Shown here: in pieces, positions 49,801-60,144 of the stretch
How positions within the stretch are numbered: position 1 is the first letter of the stretch
How the letters are laid out: every line of letters starts with the position of its first letter
DNA from: Pecten maximus
Taxonomy: Eukaryota
DNA length: 64,000 bases
Reading direction: 5' to 3'
Assembly (NCBI RefSeq): GCF_902652985.1
Contig: NC_047024.1
Span: 4,588,001-4,652,000 of the forward strand
Translations under genes and position numbers: made by a program
The notes under the pieces: generated by a model
Database searches by the model: none
What the model was told of the DNA's origin: nothing
Seen by the model: only the letters and a program-made list of their open reading frames with translations

Positions 49801-52800
49801 AATGTTTTCCATGAATTTTTCGAAACCTTGTGTTGAAAATGTTATCACAATGCACTATTCTTTTTATTTGATTGTTAAAATGTAATGTGAGTGTTACAAT
49901 AAGGCATCTTCTGTCAATCTCAGTGTTTGACTAATTCGTTTAAAACATGGTATGCTTTATAATATCAAAATGTTGCTATATTTTCCTGAAAACTAATTTG
50001 ACATTTCTTTGTAAAGTAAGAAGTGGTCTTTGTTTATTTTTGTTCAGTTTTCTTTCAATGCAACATCCAAAGCAATAAAATTCCTTTATCAAACTCTATA
50101 ATGTGATGCTTTCATTGATGTATTCAGATTTTTCCAGACAGTCATTTATATATGAGTTTTTTACTGAATCATCTGGTTAGGTTTGCTCTGTGCATTTCCG
50201 GGATGGCAAGCCAACAGATGAGAACCCCCATCCTGAATTAAAGCTGGACGCCGATGAAAATTCACATTCAAAACTCGGTGCAAATGGTAAGCATCCAAAT
50301 TTGTGTCTGGATTTTAAGAAGCACACCAGAATCAGTTTCACATTATTATTTTTTATATAAAAAGTTCTCATTAAGCTATTAAGATATTATGCATTTGTAT
50401 GTTTGAGATGAAATATTATACAGTTGTATATTTGAGATGAAATATACTTTGAGGTGAAAAATTATACAGTTGTATATTTGAGATGAAATATTATACAGTT
50501 CTATAATTGAGGTGAAATACTATACAGTTGTATGTTTGAGATGAAATATTATACAGTTCTATGTACAATGGAAGCACTCTTGATTCATTATAACCTTTGC
50601 TTTTTTTTGTATTCAAGATCCCCAGTTCAATAAACTTCACCAGAAGAATCTTCAGCTGTTTTGTCGTTTATGTGGAGACAACGAAGGAGTATCTATGAAA
50701 GTCTGCAGAGCATATACAAAATATAGATTTCAAGTGGACATCTTTTCATCAATGGCTATTGATGTGAACCAGGATTCCTGTTTTGTCCATCCTCGAAACA
50801 TTTGTTATGTCTGTCGAGCAAAATTAAGTGCGTGGAAGGCCGCTGTACAAAAAGGCAAACCTGCTGATATACAAATACAGCCAGCCAAATTTTTACCCCA
50901 TGACGAGTCCAGTAAATGTCTCGTGTGTTTGAACTACTCATTCAGAACCGGCAGACCTCCACAAAAGGCTCCTGCTACCAATTCAAGCAACTCATGTTTA
51001 GGTATGGACATAATTCAGAGTTGCTTCCCTTATCTCATCAGAGTTATTGCCCTTGATGGTCATACCATTTAGAGATATGCTTCCTTTATCTCATCAGAGT
51101 TATCACCATGATTGCCATACCATTTAGATATATGGTTCCCTTATCTCATCAGAGTAATCGCCCTTGATTGCCATACCATTTAGATATATGGTTCACAGGG
51201 GTTGACACTAACTTAGTTGCCTTAGGTTATGAAATGAGGAAGCCTGGGCTGCCAATGGTGAGACCCCTCCAAGGGGATTTTGGGGAAGTTCCCTAAAATG
51301 CAGTTTCCTGCTGTCTAGTTCTTACACCTACAGGTTTTATATAAACAGTTTTGAAAATAAAATTATTGAAGTAAACGAGGACAATTTTAGCTGGACATTA
51401 TACAGTGCAACTTCCGAAAACCGAACCTTCTAAAAACCGAACACCTCTGAATACCGAACGAATTGTTATTGTACGGAATCGGTCATTCTTTATTATGGTA
51501 TGTAAAAACTTCCAAATACCGATCCCTCTGAATTCCGAACACCGGACCGATTTTGTCTCCGGTTCCTGATAAAGTATACCAAAAATTACTTCTGAAAACC
51601 GGCCTTACCTGAGCAATTATGACACGAGGTCAGGCTAGTCAACCGTGAAACAACAACTGTGACGGGTATTGTGTGAAGCCAAATTGTGTCTCGATCGGGA
51701 CTTACGTTTACATGTAGGTGATTTGTACAGGTAATCCAATAAATACCCTGAGGGGCGTTATGATTGTAGTGTATAATCAACACGGTAATTAATACTAATT
51801 ATGAAACAATGCCACACTTCATCGAAGCGCAGCAGATTCCATGTAAATCTTCGCAATACAAGTAGAGCTAGGAGCCTGAGTTTCGCATTCTAATCTAAAT
51901 GAGGCCCAATAAGGGGTGTTCTTGCAGGGTCATAACTATACACACTGAAATGATGCCAGTGTCCGATGTTTATTTTTTAAGACAATACCGATATCGGGAA
52001 TACCACCGGTATCAAGTGATCAATTGTAATTCATATTGAAGCAAGACATCTTCACACACTTTCATATCATTCGATTTCCGTTTTTTGTAAAATCATTAAA
52101 TATCCCGTATTAGGCCCCACCACATGGCGAAGCAACAGAATGCAGGTCGATCGTGAAGTGCAGTAAATGTATAAAACTATATAAAACTACAGTTAGTCAT
52201 TTTAATTTCTTATATAATCTGTAATATATGCATTGATTTACTTTCATGATATTCATATTCTTCAGACAAACCAAATTATCTATGTGCGTATAGTAGGCCT
52301 AGTGTCGGTTTGTAATCGGGTACAATCTAACATCGTCCGACCAATTATATTCGGAACTCGACCGGTTATTTTGACCAACTTCTCCAAACCGAACCCTCTG
52401 TAAACCGAACAAATATCAATGTCCCATGCATGTTCGGTTTATAGAGGTTCCACTGTACATTTGGCTGAAAATGTTGGTAGCCCACAGGGCTGCTGGTCTG
52501 GACATTCTGGCAGCCCGACCAGATTCCAGGCTGCCGGGCTACTGTTAGTGTCGATCCCTGGGTTCCTTTATCTCATCAGAGTTATCACCCTTGATGGCCA
52601 TACCATTTAGATATATGCTTCCTTTATCTCATCAGAGTTATTGCCCTTGATGGCCATACCATTTAGATATATGCTTCCTTTATCTCATCAGAGTTATTGC
52701 CCTTGATGGCCATACCATTTAGATATATGCTTCCCTTATCCCATCAGAGTTATCACCATGATTGTCATACCATTTAGATATATGCTTCCTTTATCCCATC

Positions 52801-55800
52801 AGAGTTATCACCCTTGATGGTCATACCATTTAGATATATGCTTCCATTATCTCATCAGAGTTATCACCCTTGACGGCCATACCATTTAGATATATGCTTC
52901 CTTTATCCCATCAGAGCTATCGCCCTTGATGGCCAAAACATTTAGATATATGCTTCCTTTATCCCATCAGAGCTATCGCCCTTGATGGCGAAAACATTTA
53001 GATAATATCGTAATACTAAACATTAGATCCTACGTATACCAAAATGGATAATTTTGGGGATTTATGAAAATGATATGATGGATGGTTCCCAGACTGTCAA
53101 ACAGGAGTTTTATCCTCAAAATTGTCATTTTAAAAGTTTTTTTTAGATGTTCTGAATTTTTGTTTTATGTTGCCATTATCAATCAAGCATGCAACTGATT
53201 ATCTGTAGATATTTTTCTGGTTTTATGTAAGCATGCCTTTGTTGTTGTGTTTGTAGACTCCATATATTACACTTCCTTTATTATCGGCTTGTTACTAACC
53301 TTTCTCCACTTCATATATCAATATGTAGCAATGATTTAGTATAAACTAAATATTAATATATATATCATCTTTATAATAACACGTTTCATTGACAACATTT
53401 TCCATGAATGAGATAAAATTGAACATGCTCTGTAGTAATTCCAACATTTCAGCATCCGTACCAATATTGATTTGAGGGTTAAAGGTTGTACACATGTACC
53501 TAGATATTGAAACTATCCAAAAGGCTCATTTCAGTTACAAGAAAGTTATTTCACTTGCCAGTAAAAAGTCAATTTGCAACATTATAATCACAAAATAATG
53601 ATGCACCTTTCAAAGTAGGGTCAGACGTTTGCAATACAAGTTTATACAAGGCTGAAGCAACTATTGATAATTAGTTTTTGGGTCAGTTAGGTCTTTGATG
53701 TCATTAACATTTGACATAAATACAAGCTTCATGATTATGCAAATCAGAAATGCCCAAATTATCATCAGAAATTTACTGAAAGTATATCATGTTTTTGATA
53801 CGTTGCCAACTAATTCTTCTTTTTGATGATTATCAGTAATATGGTGATAATCACAGAAAGAGTAGTTCTAATTTCAGGCATGCTTTTTTTTCAGAACCTG
53901 AAGAGACCATTGAGGTTTGATCATATACAGAAAACATACCGTCTGTTGATTAAAATATAATTACGATTATATATAGTAAGACAGTTAAAAAAATTCAAAA
54001 TCATATACTAATGTGCCTGATTCTATTTCTCACTTCAGATAAACCGTCGACAACCATGGATGTTTGTAAGGAAAAAGATGATGAGAACAAATTGTATTTG
54101 TTGGACTTTAAGTTGGACATGGATGATATCATCTCATCCACCCTGAAGGAATTCTGTGAGCCAAATGATGAGGATACATTGGCCTTTCACTCGGATCTCT
54201 CAAAGTTTTCTCAACAACTTCGATCTATTGACCGTATGTTTTAATTCAAGATATATATTGATGTAATTGTCTGAATAATAATTAATTAAGGTGTCGATAC
54301 ATGAATGTTTTACTATTGTTTTTGACAGACTTGACTTTGTGTTTATGTAGGAAGCTACAAGATCTTGTGGTTTCTGAATTTTTATTTTGAGATTGCTATG
54401 ACAGGACATGTTTCATTTTGCTACTATGTTGAATTTTAAGATTAATTAAAGACAACATTGGGAAAAAATAATGTTAACTAGATTTCATCAAGATCAAAAC
54501 ACAGGATTTCCATCCAGAAAATGGTCGTAGATATGTTATCGTTCTGACGGTCGTTTTTCTACGTTTTCTCTTCGTTTTCTCTTTGCTTCTCTTCTCTAAC
54601 TGGTCATTTGACTTTGGAAACTTGACAGTGACCTTCAACTACGAAGTCAAGGTCAACGATTTGCTTGCCTGAAGTCTGCATTGGTTAGAGTATTGGAAGA
54701 AAAGCATTTAAAGTGCATTTTGATGATATTTTTTTGATTCTGAACGGTTTCGACAGTGCTGTTTTTGCGTTATTTTTTAGGACTCGTCCTTGAAATGTTG
54801 CAAACATCTTCAAAGGATTATTTTCTTCGCAATCATTGATTGCACTTGTATTATCAGTTTCTGAACTACCACTTATATTCTGATCATTCCTGGTAACTTT
54901 CCTTTGACACTGAAAGCTTGTTTTGCTCGGTTTAACCATGCTGTATGTTTTTTGGATTTGTTTTATGCAGGCAAGACGAAGGAGGTGCGTAAGATCTACA
55001 CAGAATGTTCTGAGAAGCTTCGTATCTATCGTGAGGAGCTGGAGGAGGCTGACCGCGAGGAGGAGTAAGTACAAACTCCAGAATGGATTTCAGGAATCAG
55101 CATTCAGAAGTTAATCATTGGTGAAATTTAGATAGTAGTAGCATTGTCTTTACATATTCTTTTGAAAAAATGTCATATTTTTTGTAAGTTAGTGACTGCC
55201 AGGAATGCTGTGAAGAATTAAAACATGTTTTGGTCAGTTTGAAATTCATGATGATTGCTTTGATTGCTGTTGCCTATGATCTGATCATTTCTGTTTTGTT
55301 ATTTCCTGAATATTGATTCCCTGTTTATTGAAATGATTTACAGCGAATGAAAACTAAAAACTTTTATGATGTAGTTATCTCACATAGCCTGAAAATAGGT
55401 GTGATGTAAAAACATGAATTTGTGCCTGATATCTATCAACCCCTACCATTAAAAACACTACAGCAACAGATAAAAACAGATGGATTAAAAATCTCAATGG
55501 AGCTCGTCCTATTTCAGTCATTCCCCACCTTCTCATTAAGTTACCAGTAAGACAGTACAACAAGTATTTTTTAATAGGTTAAAAGAAGCAGCTGCTGAGA
55601 TTGATGCAAAGGAGGCTGCGGAAGCAAACGCCAAGGTTGATGATGAGAGTGACGAGGATGATGTACAGTTTGTGGCTGCAACCTATGACCCATCTGTTAT
55701 GGAGAAGAGACAAGTTTTAGCTCACCAAAACAAAAACATTGTATCAGCGTTATCAGCACCAGCAGTAGGGAAAATGGAACCACTGGCACTGCCGCCAGGG

Positions 55801-58800
55801 TAAGTGAAACAAGACTTTATCACCAATTAGTAAACATACGTCACATTATCACCAATTAGTAAACATGCGTCACATTATCACCAATTAGTAAACATACGTC
55901 ACATTATCACCAATTAGTAAACATGTCTCAAAAAACAATAAATAGACAGTCAAATATGACGTTTGGCCAGAGGAAAAATTGTAATGAACCCTGTATTTCT
56001 GTACTGTAGTGATGTGTTGGTGAAGTTGTTGTTGTAATGAACCCTGTATTTCTGTACGGTAACGCTGTATTGGTGAGGTTGTTATGGTAATGAACCCTGT
56101 ATTTCTGTATTGTTGAGGTTGTTATTGTAATGAACCCTGTATTTCTGTATTGGTGAGGTTGTTATGGTAATGAACCCTGTATTTCTGTATTGGTGAGGTT
56201 GTTATGGTAATGAACCCTGTATTTCTGTATTGTTGAGGTTGTTATTGTAATGAACCCTGTATTTCTGTACTGTAGTGCTGTATTGGTGAGGTTGTTATGG
56301 TAATGAACCCTGTATTTCTGTATTGGTGAGGTTGTTATGGTAATGAACCCTGTATTTCTGTACTGTAGTGATGTATTGGTGAGGTTGTTATGATAATGAA
56401 ACCTGTATTTCTGTACTGTAGTGCTGTATTGGTGGGTTGTTAGGGTAATGAACCCTGTATTTCTGTACTGTAGTGATGTGTTGGTGAGGTTGTTATGGTA
56501 ATGAACCCTGTATTTCTGTACGGTAACACTGTATTGGTGAGGTTGTTATGGTAATGAACCCTGTATTTCTGTACTGTAGTGATGTGTTGATGAGGTTGTC
56601 ATGGTAATGAACCCTTTATTTCTATATTGTAGCGCTGTATTGGTGAGATTGCCCCCTAACAGTCAGCAGGTCCAGCGCAATTCTAGTCCCTCCCTACAGT
56701 CACTGAGGAATGTCCTACAAGCCACCATCAACAAGCAAATACCTGCTGTGGCACAGTTACAGCCGACAACCACTACTGTGGTAAGGGATATTTATTACCC
56801 GATACCAGTAATATATCTATGATTTTTACATCTGGATTCCAAAATCTGTACATTGTGATTATAATTGTACTACATAAACAGTAATATCCCCAATGTTGAT
56901 TTTACAAAAGATTCTCAGAAGGTTTGAAATTGTATCCAATATATCTAGCAAGCAATTATTAATTTGGAATCTTGACAAGTGTTACTTTCATTTTTGTGAT
57001 GATACACAGCACAATAATTATTGATGTTTATACTGTTTGTAGGGGGCCCCAGCAAGCCAGGTGGTAAAGTCGAACAGTCTTCAAAATCAACAACGTATGG
57101 AAGCCCTGTATAGAGCAGATGTAGAGTAAGTGTGAAGGAACAGCATTGTCCATCAATATTTATTGATGTCGAATATATTAATAAAAAATGCTGATGATTT
57201 AATCAGTTTCTATCTTTCTGAAAGTCTCCCCTGAAGGCAGAATCAGCAAGTTGATTCTGTCAGTGGGGAATCTTTCAGTGGGGAATCTTTCGGTGGGGAA
57301 TCTTTCAGTGGGGAATCTTTCAGCAAAGTAGGGAGAAGTGAAGGATTTGCTGTTAAAAATCAAATATCATATGTTACGGGCTATTCCTATAAATGACATG
57401 GTAAATCTGTCTAACAATTAAGCTTTGTATTTCACAGGATCATAGACATTAGTAGTAAAGTACTCGGGAAGAAATTTAATGATATCTGGTACAAAGGAAC
57501 AGTATCTGACATCCAGAATAAAGACAAAACCATTTCAGAGGTACAGTATCTAACCAATAAAGCAAATGAAAAAGTTTAAAACTTATCATACTGACAAAGC
57601 AGGACAAATGAGATATATGTTTATCATATAACTGGTGATGTGTTCTACCATGTCAACTGACTGTCATAGATATCATAAAACCTATGTAATAACACTATTG
57701 TGACATGATAAAAATAATAATTTTTGGTGTCTCAATTAATTTATGACGTTGTTTGTCTTTGTAGAGAAAAACATTCCGTCTGAGTCGAAATTCATCTCTC
57801 TTATATATAAAAAAAAAGTGTTTTCCTTGATAATTATATTTTCATAAATATAAGATATGTAATAAACAGAATCGTACGATCACGGCTATGTAATACAGAA
57901 GTCATGTTGCTTGTGAAATAATTTCACACGCCACACGCTCATGGCATATCAAATTATTAACTTATTTGATAAATTCCATATTATATTGACTCTCGCGTAA
58001 CATCCTCTGTATAATTACTTGTTCATTTTCAGAGAAAATATAGCATAAAGTTTGATGGAAAGGGAAAGAAAGTGCTGAGCCCAAAACATGTTGCCTTCAA
58101 AGACTCCTTAGTACGACAGATTTATGTGGGCACTCGAGTCATAGGTAAGTAGTACGACAGATGTATGTTGGCACTCGAGTTATAGGTAGGTAGTACGACA
58201 GATGTATGTTGGCACTCGAGTCATAGGTAGGTAGTACGACAGATGTATGTTGGCACTCGAGTTATAGGTAAGTAGTACGACAGATGTATGTTGGCACTCA
58301 AATTAGAGGTAAGTAGTCCAACAGAGTTATGTTGGCACTCAAGTTATAGGTAAGTAGTACGACAGATGTATGTTGGCACTCGAGTTATAGGTAAGTAGTA
58401 TGACAGATGTATGTTGGCACTCAAATTAGAGGTAAGTAGTCCAACAGATGTATGTTGGCACTCGAGTTATAGGTAAGTAGTACGACAGATGTATGTTGGC
58501 ACTCGAGTTATAGGTAAGTAGTACGACAGATGTATGTTGGCACTCGAGTTATAGGTAAGTAGTACGACAGATGTATGTTGGCACTCAAGTTAGAGGTAAG
58601 TAGTACGACAGATGTATGTTGGCACTCGAGTTATAGGTAAGTAGTACGACAGATGTATGTTGGCACTCGAGTTATAGGTAAGTAGTACGACAGATGTATG
58701 TTGGCACTCGAGTTATAGGTAAGTAGTACGACAGATGTATGTTGGCACTCGAGTTATAGGTAAGTAGCACGCCAGATTTATGTGGGCACTTGAGTCATAG

Positions 58801-60131
58801 GTAAGTAGCATATAGCAAGTTTTAGATAACAAGGTAAAATACTGACATTGAGATTGATCAGGGTCAAAGTTCAGACTTGGTTTAGGACGATCAGAATAAC
58901 CGGGTGTAATGATACGTTCTGCTGGTAGATGGTTAGAAGATTTGTCCTAACCACTGTTATTGGTGTTAAATTATTGTTTCTACCTTGTGATTAACTTGAC
59001 ACTCTTATTAAATGCCAATCTTCCATTCAGATAGATAATTCAACATTTATTTGAATTTTGGGGCTAATTTTTCAATATTGTTTGATATTTAGTTGGATCT
59101 TCATGATAGTGTAATGTTCACCACACAACAAAATAAACCTGAATTATATATCCTTTCAGCATTGTATCGAGATGAGGATTCTACGTCATCGTATTATGCT
59201 GGTATAGTAGCGGAGACTCCCAACGGCAGGAATCAACAGAGGTTTGTTTCTCATTATTTTATACAGTTTTCACAGTTATTTAATCTTGGTATTCACTATC
59301 ATTAGGGTAGCAAATCTCATCATTCAAAGTTACTGTTACAGAAATAAATCTGATTTAAAATAGATCTTGAATTCCACTTTGATACTCTACATTACAGATA
59401 AACATGCATATATATTTGCCAACTTTTTTTTAATTTCCAGGGAGGAAGGGTCAACAAATATTGTAAATAAAATGTTTTTCATTTGAGAATAAAATTTGGT
59501 CCAGTATTTCACATGAGTGTAACTTGTTATTCTGATCTCCTTTTTAGATATTTGATTTTCTTTGATGATGGCTATGCCCAATACTCCCTGGCAGTGGATA
59601 TCAACAAAGTTTTCTGGCAGAGTAAGTTATATCAGGAGATTCAGAAACCTTTTTATATAATTCTAATGTTGATGAAATAAATATTTCTCAGAGAAACATT
59701 CAGAAATTGCCAAAAAAGTCTGTATTACATATGCATAATTACACAATATCATGTTTATAAGTTACATTTTAGAAATTTCATCAATTCTCAATATTCATAA
59801 TGATCTTCGATGGACAATTTTAGGTTTTAGAATTTTCATGTTGTTCAGGCATTTGTTAATTTTACTGAAGTGAATTTGTAATACAAGTCTTTGGAAAATA
59901 TCTCCTCTGTGCAGCGAAACTTGTAAGATAATTGATAAAACCTGTTTAATATCAAAGTAGGAATGAATTTTAGGTAAGAAATGATCTTTAATGTGTTCTA
60001 CCATTTACAAAGATATTGACAGCAAATCAGTAGAGACAATTACTGGTGTTTTCTAGGTGCTAATGTGTGGGAGGATATCCATCCCGACTCGCAGGAATTC
60101 ATCAAGGAATACCTCAAGCAATATCCCTGAG
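46826..60131 (+). CDS. SETDB1: Histone H3K9 methyltransferase SETDB1, 5' part through the Tudor domains (continues beyond window); exons 46826-46988 (tentative first), 54039-54233, 54971-55064, 55578-55799, 56633-56780, 57043-57125, 57438-57540, 58033-58144, 59160-59241, 59548-59621, 60057-60131
   Basis: Triple-Tudor sequence VLGKKFNDIWYKGTV, KYSIKFDGKGKKVLSPKHVA, YVGTRVIALY, YAGIVAETPN...RYLIFFDDGYAQY, WEDIHPDSQEFIKEYLKQYP matches the SETDB1/eggless family; phases are consistent except one extra C at 60125-60127. Confidence 0.9.
49318..50286 (+). CDS. THAP (C2CH) zinc-finger domain on two exons, 49318-49539 and 50181-50286; probable alternative first coding exons of SETDB1
   Basis: MAKTFCAVQGCAN...LFPFPIDENQRRIWMQKV...RLR|VCSVHFRDGKPTDENPHPELKL contains the THAP C-x4-C, P, W, C-x2-H-F and P residues; GCCATGG start context; donors CGG|GTAAGT and ATG|GTAAGC. 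Confidence 0.85.
50400..50562. repeat. About 29-bp minisatellite (TTTGAGATGAAATATTATACAGTTGTATA), about 5 copies
   Basis: Direct periodicity. Confidence 0.8.
50618..51001 (+). CDS. RAG1 N-terminal non-core-like zinc-binding domain on one symmetric (phase 1-1) 384-nt exon
   Basis: HQKNLQLFCRLCG...IFSSMAIDVNQDSCFVHPRNICYVC...FLPHDESSKCLVC...GRP parallels vertebrate RAG1 HQANLRHLCRICG...[25 protein letters not shown]...WHPHTPSCDIC (recalled sequence); pyrimidine-rich acceptor and TAG|GTATGG donor; no stops. Confidence 0.8.
51196..52560 (-). mobile_element. Non-autonomous DNA transposon with 17-bp TIRs (CAGGGRTYGACACTAAC; hAT-like termini) carrying a nested element
   Basis: CAGGGGTTGACACTAAC ... 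GTTAGTGTCGATCCCTG; flanks GGTTCA / GGTTCC; second copy at 44049. Confidence 0.8.
51403..52455. mobile_element. Tc1/mariner (pogo/Tigger-like) non-autonomous element with TA target-site duplication
   Basis: TA|CAGTGCAACTTCCGAAAACCGAAC ... GTTCGGTTTATAGAGGTTCCACTG|TA; repeated ACCGAAC subterminal motifs; the empty site is visible in the 44049 copy. Confidence 0.85.
55817..55925. repeat. 29-bp tandem repeat (TTATCACCAATTAGTAAACATACGTCACA), about 4 copies
   Basis: Direct periodicity just inside the intron. Confidence 0.85.
55981..56650 (+). repeat. 53/37-bp minisatellite derived from the SETDB1 acceptor at 56632/56633
   Basis: Unit GTAATGAACCCTGTATTTCTGTACTGTAG|TGCTGTATTGGTGAGGTTG matches the real TTTCTATATTGTAG|CGCTGTATTGGTGAGATTG. 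Confidence 0.92.
57260..57323. repeat. 15-bp tandem repeat (TCAGTGGGGAATCTT) x4
   Basis: Direct periodicity. Confidence 0.85.
58145..58800 (+). repeat. 41-bp minisatellite derived from the SETDB1 donor at 58144/58145; 16 GT...AG units
   Basis: Unit GTAAGTAGTACGACAGATGTATGTTGGCACTCGAGTTATAG; 656 nt = 16 x 41; final GTAAGT at 58801. Confidence 0.95.
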
Positions 60132-60144
60132 GTAAGGGCCTTCT

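Larger units (their letters stand above)
51022..53003. repeat. 56-bp minisatellite (TTATCTCATCAGAGTTATTGCCCTTGATGGCCATACCATTTAGATATATGCTTCCT) split into 51022-51195 and 52561-53003 by a transposon insertion
   Basis: The same unit continues in register on both sides of the insertion. Confidence 0.9.

Noticed and set aside
49200-54000. Intact RAG-like (RAGL/Transib) or P-element transposon
   Set aside because: No RING, nonamer-binding or DDE core, no RAG2-like ORF and no enclosing TIRs were found; nearby TIR elements are unrelated non-coding MITEs that do not contain the exons.
60128-60130. Selenocysteine or readthrough TGA in SETDB1
   Set aside because: A single-C deletion restores the conserved YPE and a clean exon end; a frameshift error is simpler.
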